Assembly (NCBI GenBank): GCA_965202585.1
Contig: OZ241834.1
Location: 32,178,001-32,242,000, forward strand
Direction of reading: 5' to 3'
Source of the DNA: Thalia democratica
Taxonomy: Eukaryota
DNA: 64,000 nucleotides
Shown piece by piece: positions 13,101 through 26,559 of this stretch. A model generated the notes under the pieces. It was not told where the DNA came from and searched no databases. It worked only from the letters and a program-made list of their open reading frames with translations. Positions within the stretch are counted from its first letter, which is position 1. Every line of letters starts with the position of its first letter. A program made the translations under genes and the position numbers.

Positions 13101-15013
13101 AACTAAAATTTCATTTAAATACTTTATCTAATAAAGTTTACAAAATTAATTTTTTTTTTTTCGAAAAATCTTGCTCAGTGGTTTTTTTAAGAATTATGAC
13201 AGTTGTTTTAAATGGTTTTTCAAACTACTTTTTCACCCAACAAATTTTACAACAAAATTTTCAACCACCAGCAGAGAACCACCCGAACGTAATGGCCAGC
13301 CACCGACCGCCGCAACAAATGGTCCACCAACCGTTCGTAAATGGTCCGCACACCTCCAACACTTACGTGGATGGTAACGACGACCACAACTACTACAACG
13401 ACGCCGCCATTCAGAGAAACATGAACGGTTCGTGTTATGTTAATTTTATTATATATATATATATATCACTTTTGATTAAGAAAATGTCAGTTTGAGAAAC
13501 TTGATAATTTGCGTTTACGTGACTAGAACATTATGAGTTTATTTTTTCTCGATAAAATGTTTATGTTTGCAAAAAAATTTCAGAAAAAGTCATTGTAATA
13601 TATAAAGTAAAAATTTTACATGTTTTTAATTCGAAAAATATCAATTAAAACATTTAATTACTTTTTACTTATAAGTCTTTAATTATTTTTCTGATGTGAT
13701 GTTTATTTAATTTTTTGCTTTCTTATTGAAAATTAAAGACAATTAAATATTAAATACATTATTAAAGTGCAATTAAATCAATGATTTTTTATAAAGTTTT
13801 TTTATATTCTAATCTATTTAAATACTGTTTGTAATAAAAAACAATTTAATCAAAAGTACGACAACAAGAAAATAATCCAAATTAAAAAAATACAATTAAA
13901 CTTTGTAATATGTTTATTTAGATATATTTAAACAACTAAATTGCAACCAGCCAAGAAAAAGATTAAAAAATCAACATGTACAAGCTTAAATAAAGTACCA
14001 AAAATTAAAAAAAAATTAAACTATTAATTTAATTTATTCAAATAATTTAATTAATTAAATTATTTATTCTTCCAGGTCACCAAATGCCGCAGCCGTTCAA
14101 CCTGCAGCCGGCCCCGCAGACCCGCCAGGAGATGGTGCGGAGAAGGACCAACATGACGTCATCGTCGGGCAACGACGTCACCGTCGCCTTCGACAACAAC
14201 CGCCAGCAGGTGGCGATGGTGAGGTGCAACCCGAACCAGGGGGTTCCCCCCGAGAGCAACTACCAGAACGTCAGGTACGACTGCGGCACCAACCGCGTCG
14301 ACATCGTGACGTCACAAGGAGACGTGGAAGGGGGACTTACCCGGAAGCGATCCGTGAAGAGTGACGTGGTGGCCATGTGCCTCACCCCTTCCAGCAACGT
14401 CACCTCGGGCGTGGGCAGCATGGCGTCGGGGGCGTCCACCTCGCTTCCGGCCCGCGGCCACGGCAACAAGAACCATTGCGGCGACCCGTGGAAGTACCGG
14501 CACGGCTTCGGCGGAAACCACAACAGGGAGAGCCCCGTGATGAAGGCGCCCCACTCGGCCAAGGACTACGTCAACACGTTCGGGTGCGGCAGCGGCAGGT
14601 CCACGGACAAGCAGACCCCGCAGCTCCTGCCCCAGACCGCCTACAACTACACCCACTTCACCTTCGACTTCGTGCAGGGCAACGGCTCGGCGCCCATGAG
14701 CAGGAACAACTCCTCGAAATTGAACTACTCCCTCGTAGACCCCGGCTCCTCCAAGATCCAGACGCCCGCCTCCCGGATCGACACGCCGGGAGGCGTCTCC
14801 TCCAAGGTGGGCCGGAGCACGCCCCTCAGCGGCAGCTCTACTTCCTCGGGGGTTCCCGGGACGCCGAAGAGCTGCGGCAAGAGCGGGCAGGTGGACTACG
14901 CCATGATAGACCACAGCAAGACGCAGGCATTGAGCAGGGCGGTGCACAGAACGAGCATAAGGAAGAAGAAGTTCTCCAACTCCGGCAGCCCGCAGTGCCA
15001 GGCGGAGACGTAG
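10170..15013 (+). CDS. FRS2: Fibroblast growth factor receptor substrate 2/3-like docking protein (myristoylated N-terminus, IRS-type PTB domain), about 493 aa. Exons: 10170-10284, 10554-10691, 12194-12328, 13272(or 13275)-13427, 14076-15013
   Basis: All four introns are GT-AG and phase 1, and join into one open frame: MGCEHSNHRGTVPDDHPTIFKGKSLNEKG...KWPISGIQKYGYSETRFMIETGDNCQGGKAIFLFKMDRAEDLFKILKQ. This parallels vertebrate FRS2 (MGSCCSCPDKDTVPDNHRNKF...KWHYLCLRRYGYDSNLFSFESGRRCQTGQGIFAFKCARAEELF). The tail has YxN Grb2-type motifs (YYND, YQNV, YVNT) and Shp2-type motifs (LNYSLVD, VDYAMIDHSKTQAL). AATAAA at 15330-15335. Confidence 0.93.
10860..11591 (+). promoter_or_regulatory. CpG-rich island in FRS2 intron 2 (candidate enhancer or internal promoter)
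   Basis: Sharp GC/CpG rise inside an AT-rich intron, perfect CRE palindrome GTGACGTCAC at 11323-11332, and a strong donor ctgg|gtaagt at 11586. Confidence 0.45.
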
Positions 15014-18000
15014 CGAACTGTCACGTCCCGGATGTAAAAACCCGGGAATTTCGTTGTTTTTTTTAAAAGTTTTTTTTTACGCGTTACAAAAGTTCTTTAT
15101 ACCTCCCGCGTGTTCTGATGCGTTTACACCAAAAAATAGCCTTTTCGTTGTTTTCCGTTTTCAGTGTTTTTTGTTTTTCTTTTTGAACTTTTCACATTTC
15201 GCTGCTGACAGGCTATTTTTTTTTATATTTTTACGAGTTAAAAGGAACAAACGGGTTTTTATTGCTGCTTGGTAAAAAATAATTACGAACTAAGTTTTTT
15301 TTTTAATTTACAGAGGCTTATCCTGCACCAATAAAAACGTTAATTAAACAAGTAAAAGCAGCTATTTCGTTTGAAAAATAAAAACATTTTGAAATAATTT
15401 AAAAACTGTTGTTTAAGTTTGGAAGTTTTCCCAATCAAAAGGGCACTTTTCCTGTTTTAAACAAATTTTAATTAAATCATGAAGCTTGCGAGCTAAGGTT
15501 CAACTTTTGTTTTCATCACTCATGTAAAGTTTGGCGGTTTGAGTTGTTTTTGAATTGGACAAAAAGTTTTTATTAACACTGTAAAAATTATCACACTTGT
15601 TTAGTTTAACAAATACATGTTTTCAAATGATGATCAAAAATATTTTTTTTCCTGTAATAAAAAGGATCACTGTTTGTAAAGTTAACGCCATAATGAAGTC
15701 CTTGTTTTGATGATATGAAAAATATTGTTGAAAGTTTGTAAATAAAAACATTTCTTTTTTATTTTCCGTGTTTTCTGTCTTTTACTATTTTTGTGTCATT
15801 TCACTATAAAGCCTGCTCTTTACTAGCAAGTACCAAAGTTGAGTGTTTCCAGGTTTTGAGTTTGTATGTTTTTTATTACAAAACCAATTAATAAATTGAA
15901 TTCACATCAAAGAACAATTCCCTCTAACCGCATTTAAAAATAAGTTTAATATTAATTAAACAGTTTGTTTTATGCTGTTTCTGTGTCGGTTATTGTAATT
16001 TTTAAATTAACAGTTTAAATTTAATCTTGTTTTAACCGTTTTTATTTGGTAAACTCGTGTTTTTGTGTTCCTTTTCACAGTCTAAAGTTAACTTACCTTT
16101 TTATTTTGAACTACTTCTGATTTAAACGATACTTTTTTTTTTCAATACTGCCCGTATAGACTACATAACGGTAATGTGATTTAACATTTTTAAAACTGTT
16201 TTAAAAGGTAATCGAGTTAATATGTGCCTAACGAACGAATGTACAACTGCATGCATTGTTTTCAATTGTTAAATGTGTGTTTTGTCCTTTTTTTTTTTGT
16301 TTCTTTTACTTGTTTCAACTTCCACTGATTCTTTTCAACATTGTCATTTTTTCATCGTTCGAAAAAGGACTGCGAGTTAATAAAAAGAAAATTTGAAAAA
16401 CGATAATGTTTTTTTTTGTAGTGACATATTTTTTACCATATGCTAAGTTGAAAGTTGCTTTAACGCAAGATTTTTTGCTTTTTTTTACAAATACTTAAGT
16501 TTTAACTTATCTAAGTTTTTTTTCAAGTTTTTAAATTTACAATATTGCTAATGGAACGTTTTAATCATTTCAGTTAAACATAGTGTTAACTTTAGATAAA
16601 AAACATTTAAAAAAAATGTTGAATTAAAAGTAATTTTGCATAAAATGCTATAAGCTTTAACGTTAATGTTAATTCATTAACGGCTGTTTCAAAGTTTTAT
16701 AGCCAGATAAGACCTTTGATAAAATTAACATTAATTTAAGTTAATCAGTCTTATGGAAATATTTGTTCCAAAAACTAATTACATGATTTTGGTTAGAAGA
16801 TTAGGCAAATTAAAAATTAATATTCAAATTAGTCATAGAAATTCGTAATTATACATATCATTACGAAAAGGTTATAATATCATATAATGAATTTCAAACA
16901 TAATTTGGCATATGTTTAAATTAAAAACGTGTTCTATGCTAAATTTTATGTAAATACTATTTTACATATAAGACTGCTAGATAAAACGCTTTAAAGTCGA
17001 AGTCGGATTAAAACATTTTTTATCATATTTCTTGGTTATCAAAAGCTTTTTACTTTTTGTATAAACAGCCAAAATATTGCAATTAATTACAATAACTTCA
17101 CATTTTGACAAGAAAATACTCATAACATTCAAGTTACAGACGTTTGCATCAGACAGTCTACAAGGCTGAAAAAGTAATTTATTATATCAGAGAGTTTTAG
17201 AGAGATATTTTTCGCGATTATTTCGGTTGTCAGTTTAATTTATTGCGTTATTTATTTTATACTGCAGTTTAAAAAAAAAATGCGCGTTTTAACTTAAATT
17301 TTTTTAAACTCTTTAAAAGTTTAGATGGTTGTATATTATTTTGCTTGACAGTTAAATGTAATTTTTTAGTTTTGTGTACTAAATTTTGAAAAAAGACACA
17401 TAAACTAGTTTGTTGAAAGTCTTACCTAATGTAATAAATTTAGTTTGTACTTATTTTACATACTTTTTTATAAAATATTATTTTTAATCATCTTAAGTTG
17501 TTTTTTAGATTTAATTTAAAGTTGAATTATAAAAATACTAAAAAAAAAATAGTGAAAGATTAATAACTAAATTGTTCAATTCTACATTAAAAAACTAGGC
17601 AATAAAAAACTTTACTTTAGAAACCAAAAGATTACGTATTCATTTTAAATATAAAAAAACATTATTCAATTTAAGTGATATATCAAACTATTTATAAAAT
17701 TACAATAGAAATATAACTTCTCACACATTAAAAGACTGTTATCTCAAACGCATTTTGAGTTTGAAACAAAAAAAAGTGCCAAATCATTGTGAGACGAAAT
17801 TATTTTTCTAAGTACAACACTTTTTAATGTACTTTTCATTTTATAGTGTGTTAATAAACAGCATAAACGGTCATCAAATACTAATAATTGTTCATCTTAT
17901 ATTTAATAAGTTTAAAAACGACTTAGATTGCTATCACTTCGTTTTTATCAAATTTCTGACTTGTTCATTACATAAAAGTCTCTACAAGTTCACTTAGTTT

Positions 18001-21000
18001 AATATGTACGCTAATTTAAAAATTGCATTCATAAAACATAGAATGTGCTTATTTCTCAAAGTAAAACTTTTAGTGCTAGTTTTGCTAAAATTTCTTACAA
18101 AGAGCAACTTTATCATTACACTGTAATAAATATTACAAGTGTGATTTTTAGAAATATTTTTAATAGTTAAATGATAATCAATTAAGTTTGAATGTTTTCA
18201 ACTAAGGTGGTCGAAAATAAGAGATAAAATAAACTGTTTTATGATTTAAAAACTTGCAAGTATCATCAATCAACTCGTTTTTTGATAAAATGTATTTATT
18301 TACGAAAATGTTCAGTAAATTTTTATGATCTTAACTTTTATGTGCACTTAAAAAGTTTATCTAGACGTCTGCAGCACTTGAAATTCCGAAAATTCTAAAA
18401 CTTTGATTTAAATTTATAAAATGTATTAAGCAAAAATTTCATTTATTTTACAAAAAAACACATAACTTTAAAAGTTAGAACAAAAAGACCACAAAATAAA
18501 TTTTCAATTAAAGCTGTAAAAATATCATACCTTGTTTGTCAACTATTTAGCTAAAAAATTACTGTAAAAACAAGCTGTTTCGAAGTAGGTGAGTTTTCAC
18601 TCCAGCCGGGCATATGTTTCACTTTACAAGCCATCAGAACAACACTCGAAGCCAGCCTGGCTAATTGGAACGGCAAACAACAGCTCATCGCTTCGAACAA
18701 AAAAAAAATTAGATATTTAAACAACTGCGCAAAGCTCGAGCGAAAAAAGCCGTCGGTGTGAAAGCCGAAGCCAACGATCCGTGAAATTGCAGCTTTAAGA
18801 CTTTCTAGGCAGAAACAGTTTTTCACAAGAACTTTTTTGTGTGTTTTTTTCATTCTAAGAGTGTTTTCGACCCGTCATCGCCAACAACAAACTGCAAACA
18901 CTTTTCAGCGCCGTGAAAAAGTTCACGAAAAGTTCAAGTCAATTCTCGGCTCGCTAACTCGGTTGATTGTGTCAGGTGCGAGATGATTTATTGTGAAAAA
19001 GTTGCCGTTTCGTGGGTTTATTTGAACTTTTTCTGCTCGCGCAGATGTGCGAAACGATAAAAAGGTTTAAGTGGTTGAAGTATGCGAGGAATTCGAGTTG
19101 AAAAAAAAACTTAGACGAAATTAAATTGGGTTTTGCACCAAAACAAAAAATTTTCATGTCTAGAAAACTTTTAACCAGACGCTTTCTTTAACTACACAAA
19201 AACATCTGTCAAGAAATTAATTTAAAGTGAACCAGAAAATTTGTTCGAAAAATGATATATTCACTTCAAAACATGGCTAAAAAAGGAGCATTTGTGATTT
19301 TTCAGATTAACATATCATCTACCCCGAGGGTTGAAACTTGTGTTTGTTTTATTTTCCACAAACGCCTTCGTTCGTATGGCCTCTAAAATCGCCATGAAAA
19401 CCACCAATCGCCTGTACATCTTACTGTTTGCTCGAAAACATTTGCCAGTAAATTCCCTGTTTACTTCATGTTGTTTACACCTTGTTAAACCTGCTTAAAA
19501 GTTATATCGTTATTTTCGCGCCTATTCATGCTTAAGAACAACAGCATCAGTTAGATTTGGGTTTTTATAGGCAGCTAACACGGTTTACGAAAGTTTAATC
19601 TACAAGCTTTCAATTGTAAACCAATCTAAGCAATATTTTTTTAACTTTAATTTTTTTTTCTTACTTTAAATAAGTCAAGCTACTTAAGTATTTTGTTATA
19701 TTCGCCTTTATACGTAAATATTTGTATGGAAATATTTCCTAACTATTTTACCATTGGCTATAAACATTTAATTGTATGTTATATAATAACTAGATGCTTA
19801 TGCAGTATTCAGAAAAATGAAGCTGTTTTCGTAATCACGTATTTTCATTCAGTTTATAGGCGTTTTATAAGTATCAAAAACATGTTTTTAACATTTATAA
19901 ATTGTAAACTAAATTTCAAAAGATCTATTTAGATTAAATAGGGAATACACGTATATACTTAGTACTTTAGTCTGTATAACTTTGTACAACTAATTTTAGA
20001 TTAGTTTATTATTACATACTTGAAAAAACAACTGTAATTTCAGCAGTTAAAGTTAAAAGGATTTTTTGAAAGTAATTTAAAATCAAAGAAACAGTGCACT
20101 TGGGTTAAACTAATTACTAAACATAAACATACTTTCGAAAACCAACTGTTTCTTAAGCAACTGGTTTGTTATTACTGTTTTTATTCAATGTTAAAGTAAT
20201 AACAGATTTAATTACATTTTATTTACAGTAAACATTGTTTTGCTTTCAAAGCACACTTTATTAAACAACCTTTTACATTGTTTTTATAAACACTGTTCAC
20301 AGCGTATTTAAAATGCTTAGAAATTGCTGTTTTTAATTGTTAAACTTGTAACACTAATAAATAATAAACATTTTAAAAACTTCACTGTTACTAGTATTTT
20401 TCATTGCATTACTTTATATTTTAAAATGTTTTGTATTGTTTCACAGTTAACCATGTTAAAAATCGAATTAATGTTAGCTAGTTTTTATAATTCAAAGTTC
20501 AACACAAACTAAATAAACCACGAGATAGACATTTATAAACTTTTCTTCTATTAGTAATGTTTTATGTACAAAAAAAAAGATTTTTATTAAAAAAAGCATA
20601 AATACCCTATTAGCAGCCAAGGATTTTTATGCGGTCTATAATTATCAACTAAATTAAACACAAAAGTTTATTTTTTTTATTTTTTAGTTTGTAGCTCGAC
20701 TAAATCACTTTTTTTTCAAACCATTCTACTTGTAATTCAATTTTTTTTTCCAAACATTTTTATGTAAACAACGAGAAACTTAAACAGCTCAAATGCCGCG
20801 TCAGACGACAAAAATTCAATTATTGTCACATTAAAGAGACAGTGAACTTATAAACTCATCCGCCCAAGCGACAACCATTCCTCATGATTATGACGTCAGA
20901 ACGGCATCTTCAAGCAGCAGGAAGCTTTGATTTGATTCAGCCTTTCCTATGATAATTCCTTTTCAATGTCAACTTTACTTAACTTTCTTTTTTTTTCATT

Positions 21001-23039
21001 AAACAGCTGATTGTTCCACTTTGAATTTTTTTTTTAATTATTTTTTTTGTTAAATTAACTTATAAAAGAGCGCTTTTTACAAATTAAAGTTTATATAAAA
21101 CGATTTTTTTTCTCATTAATTAACTCTTAGAATTTAGTACTGACTTTTTCATACAATTTACAAGCAATTAAACAATTAAAATAATATAGCGTAAAGTAGC
21201 TCAAATTTTTTAGTAGTTTTAACCGAAAACCTTATGAAAATTTAATTCTAGAAAAATCTCTTATTTAGTACGTTATCTAATACCAATAAAATAAAACTTT
21301 AAATTCTAAAAAATCGAAATAAAATTCGATGACGTTTTCAGCATGCCGATAAAAGCGCAAACTATTTCAAATAAAAAGTTATTTAAGCTCTGAAAAAATA
21401 GCCAGCAGCTGAGTTAAATCATGCGGTGAGGTTTAGGCTTTCAAATTCGCGCTTTTCTGAGGTGAGTCAAATGATTTCAAACGTTGCGTGGAAGATCTGA
21501 ATTATATATTTTCGAAGCTGTTAATGTCACGTAGCTGAGTTTAAAAGCTTTCTGATGGTATGAAAGGCGCTGGTGATGGACAAATAAAAAAAAAGCTTTA
21601 CCAGCTAAACGGTATGAATTGGCTTTTCGGCTTGAAAAAGTTAATGAATCATGACTTGAGAGTGTGCAAGTTTTAAAACTCTGAGTAAAACTTAAATGAA
21701 AATAAATAAGTCAATACTGCAAATGTAGTCTAATAACCTACTCATTAACATTTTTTACAAACATTCTAGGTTAAGACTAACAAACTTGTAGTTTTTTAAT
21801 GTTTAGTAATTCAATTTTAAGTCTTGTTTCGGTTTTTTTTTTACCAATCACCTAAAGTAAACATTCAGCATTTTATGTTTTGTTTTACAACCAATTTAGA
21901 TCTAGTTGGCAAGCAATTACGCTTTATTAGTAATACAACCTTAGTTGCTCCCTTGTAAACTATCTGCAAACTTAAAGACCTCGCTTTGATTTAATTTATT
22001 AAGTGTAGTTTAAATTGCATTTTAGTTGTTGGTATTTTATTTTATACTTCCACTATGTTTTAAGTGTTTTACTTGATGTTTTAATCAGTTGTAATAATTG
22101 AAATTCAATTTGATACAAACAAACTATGTGAACAATCCTTAATTTTAATCTTTTCTACTTGAAATGAAATTTAAATTACTATGTATGTCATAAGTGAAAA
22201 TATCTTAATTGTATACAGTTTCAAAGTTTCAAAAACCATGTAAGCTTAACTACCATACAGAATTGGTATTTTTCAGAACTTTTCCTTTTAAGTGTAACAC
22301 CTACTTACAGATCAAGTTTTAGAGGTTTTTGGATGAAAAGTTCATCTTGAATTAATTTTTTTTTTTGCTATTTGTGTTGAAAGTATTTTAGTATTTAAAG
22401 ATAAAATGTTTTTGAAACTGATCATTTGATACTAAATCGTTTGTAAAGAAGAAAACCATTTTTAAGACTAAACTAATCAAAAAGTTTTACAGTGTAAAAT
22501 AGTATAAAAGTAATTAATGTTTTTATTGTTTATAAAACAATAAAAAAAAGCGCTCAAAAAATTTGGTCTAATGATCTGGTGTACAAAGGAACCTTTCGAT
22601 TATCGAGTCGTACACCACATGCTTATAAAATTTCTTACTAGCTAGTACACATAAGTTTTTATCTAAATATCTTCAAATATAGTATAAGTATTTAGTAGTA
22701 AAATAATCAATTAAACGAATTTAAAGAAATAAAAATGTTAGTTTTAACATAACCTTGTGTGCATAGAAAAAAGACCATTCTACCACCAGTTTTGTAAATA
22801 TACGCACACTTAAACATTTACACAACAACTAGTTAAAATTAAATAGAAGTCATTTCAATGAATAGTCAATTGTAAGGCTATGTTTAATACTTTTTACTTT
22901 TTGTTTCCGGTCGTTTTGTGTCTGCGATATAATCCTAAAAACATCGATAAATCATAGTTGAGAGTTTAAAGCAGCAAATCCTTCTACATGCATGGGTTCA
23001 AAAAGAGCACTGAACACAAATTAAACTAAAACAAAGAAA

Positions 23040-23620
23040 AAGCTGACGCGGTTTAAGTGATAGCGCTAACTTGACCGTTTCAAAGGCCAACTTCTTCAAA
23101 GAACTTAACGAGGCATTATTTTTTAAAAGTTCACAAAACTCTAATCCAAACACTTGTGCAACCTTTTTGCAAAAAAAAATGTCAGGATTTCGTAAACAGT
23201 TTCAAACAAACACTTGTTCGTCGGCACGCTTTGATCTCTCGTTATCTCGCAACAAAGTTCAGGCTCGTAAATTTTTAAGCCTCGACTTTTGTTTACTTTC
23301 GCCTCTGAGCTTAATCATTCCAATTACTAATCAAGATGGATGCGCAATGCGCGCTCTGACAAAAGGCGAAGTCACCCATGCGTGTCGACAGCATTGTTTT
23401 ACTGAAAGTCCGCTGAAGTGAAACACAAAAGGCGCACTCGCGATTTCTAGAGTATGCAGGCGTTTGTGCGGGTGGAGAAGTTTGGGCTCATTTCCAAGCG
23501 TTTGTGCGAAATCGTGGGTGGCCCCGATGAAATTTGCGAGCCGTGGCTTCGCTTCGTTTCTGCGAATTAAATTGATTTCGGGGCGAAACGGCATGCAAAT
23601 GGGAGGACGTTGAAAAATGC
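23040..23620. promoter_or_regulatory. CpG-rich non-coding island, enhancer-like
   Basis: TCF-like CTTTGAT at 23229, Gli-like TGGGTGGCC at 23515, octamer ATGCAAAT at 23593, and an 11-bp direct repeat. No credible ORF. Confidence 0.35.
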
Positions 23621-26559
23621 AAAATTTGCATATATGCTTTTCTTAGTATATATATGCTTGTTTATAGAAAGTAAGAAAAAATTTTTAACTACAAAAGGAA
23701 AAAAATTATATATAATTACGTAACAACAGATGTTCTGTAAAAAAACTTGAACTGTGTATTCATGCGTATTTACATTTTTAGACGAGAGATTTAAAAAATG
23801 AAAAGTATTTCAAATAATAAACAAACTTTGAAGTAAGCAACAAGAATTCAAGTTATGTAAAAAGCAACTGTTTTGGTTTGTTTTTTGAACTGCTGTGGAG
23901 GTTGAGCTTACTTTTATAGTTTCAGACCTTCCTTATGACTTTTAGCACTAGTTAGAGAAAAGTTGTTAAAGAAATTACTTCTCGCACATTTGCTATTATT
24001 ATTTATTTATTTATTTCAAAACAAAAAAATATGTTGTGCAATTCTTTGAGCAATTAAACACTTTTAAACTTATAACAACTTAAACGATTTAAATTACAAC
24101 AATTTAAAATTTTTAAGGCTAGCAAGAAAAATTTTTGATTACAAACTAAGAAAAATTGGGTAACTTAAAACTGTTGTTATTTATTTTAAAGTTTTACTAC
24201 GAAACATTCTAATTAAATGTATATCTAAAATGTCAGGCCTGTTAAAACAATGGAATAAAGTTTACTTTATTTGGTAATAAATATTTCTATGCTTCAAAGG
24301 AGAACTGCAATTGCTGACATTCAACTTAATTTTTATACCTTGTACTGTACTGTGAAAAACTTATCACTTAATTTAGCTTGGTAATTTTATACTAAAATTT
24401 GTTCCTTAAAACATCAAAAACTATCAATTAAACTTTTTGTCATTATTTCTAAGAGCTGATTAAACTTATTTATTACAGAAACGTTTTTTATAATTTTTTA
24501 TAAAGTATTTGGTAGACGTTTTTATGAAATCAATGTACTATTTATCAAGAAGTTTTTTTGTTGTCTAATAAAATTAATATATTTCAAATGCTTAGAAACA
24601 TCTTACGCTTATTTTTTAGTGATTGAATCCCTTTTACAAAAATATTAAAAGCTTTGTAACTACATTAGTATCAACACAAGATTATATAATTCATTTAATG
24701 AACAGTTGTTTAAGTTGAGTTTTCAAAATGCTTGTTTTTAATAAAACTAATGATAACAGTATAATTCTTTTCTAAAATACACTTTTTGTCAAAGCATCTT
24801 TAAAATGATTTTTATATTATTGTTCTAATTAAATAAAGCAAACAATTTATCAGAGAAACAGCTTAATTTTAGTTTTAAAGAAGCAGAAAAATTAAAAATG
24901 ACCGTATAGATGTGTTTAAAAACTCGGTATCTTAACGTATCATAAAAAGACTATAAAAATTCAGAATTTAAGTTTTACATTACATTTTAAACTAAATAAC
25001 CAATTAGAAGTCATACTAATTTCAAGGTTGTTTTTAGTTTTTTAATTGTACAAAATTTTTTAAGTCGCTACGAAAAACAAATACGGTTGTACAAAAATCT
25101 TAACTAACAAAGCAAATGGCATCTAAAAATTTGATGAACTTTTAAAGCTAAAATTACTTTAAAGTTTAGTTGAAAACCATGCTTATAAAAAAGTACATAA
25201 AACTAGTTTAACCTTTTTGCAAATTAGTAGAAATTGTACAAACGATTTGCTACCGGATATAGCATTGCAGTAACAATTAATCATTCAATAAGTCATACAA
25301 AAAGGGCTTATGCAAATAAAAGGTTCATAAATTTGCATATACCTGTTTTTATGCAAAATAGACTTTAAATGATTCAAAAGACCATTTTGCTTTTAATACT
25401 ATTTTCTTCAATCTTATAAATTTTAAATAATTTGTGAATCGATTTAAAAAAACCACTAATAGTTATAATAACGAGGGGTCTTTGAAAAGACTCTAAAGTA
25501 GGGTTTTATTTGATTCTTTTGTTTCATTTGAAAAGATTAAAACGAAAAATGTTTCGAAATTAAAACGATTTGAGTCAAGTTAAAAATTTTTTAATCGAAA
25601 ATTTAAGACAACTGAAAGTATGTAGCAAACTAAAGTTACGTCCCTGCTATTTAACATAAAAGATTAATATTACGAACAGAACATACTTAAGAGCTTGTTT
25701 AAAAATCGACTGTGATCAGTTGCATTTAGCAGTTTATTGTGTTTACTTTTTTGTCAAAAAATTTTCAAATTTGTGCTACTTAGTGCGTTGTTAAAAAAGT
25801 TCGAAATTAAAAAAAAAGACTAACTTAAATTTTTATCTGGTATATTCGTCAAAACTAATTTTGAATAATCATGCTGAACATACACAGTAAAAGACAACTA
25901 TAAAAACGATATTACCATGTAGAACACTTTAAGATAAAGAAAAACACCTAAAATTGACACAGTCCTCAAAATATCAGTAAATTTCATACGCATTTGTTAC
26001 TGTATAGCGTGTAAACAAAATTGCATTGAAACACTTACCAGAAGCCTGAATTTAATAAAAATAATCTAAGTGGTCAACCCGCGCTATCGACAGCGATAGC
26101 ATCTAAAACTTTCTTTGCGAAAGCGTAAGAATAATAAACACTTCAGTTTGTAAAAACCCGTCTTTTATCGGCTCCTTTCAAAACTCAACCGATGTTGTTG
26201 CCGTCAAAAGGGCTGTTGAAAGCAAAAGTGATTTTCATTGCACTGTTGCTATTTATACTGGAAAGTACTAAAAGCTTTTTTTGAAAATGTTTTCACGAAT
26301 GTGCTGTTCAAACTTTGCACTTTTATTTTCAAAACACTTTTACGTAAGCAAAAAACAAAAACAAACTTTTGTGTAAACCAAAGTCTCTAAGTGTGTATAT
26401 GTGTGTTGTTTTATTCACAAAGTGCAAACTTGATACCTTGGTGCAATTTTTCCCGCTTTAAACACGAGAAGCTGTGAACTCAATTTGCGTAAACAAACTC
26501 GCCACCGCAGCTCTTGATCTCTTCAAACGATCATTACGACAAATCCAAATTTCCGGAGC

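Noticed and set aside
14260-15066. Long overlapping ORFs (211 aa antisense, 229 aa alternate frame, 100 aa antisense) over the last FRS2 exon
   Set aside because: Expected shadows of extreme GC3 bias, which removes stop codons from shifted and antisense frames. No recognisable protein features.
26083-26100. Perfect hairpin GCTATCG-ACAG-CGATAGC as a Helitron 3' end
   Set aside because: Single occurrence, no clear CTRR terminus at the usual spacing and no matching 5' end.
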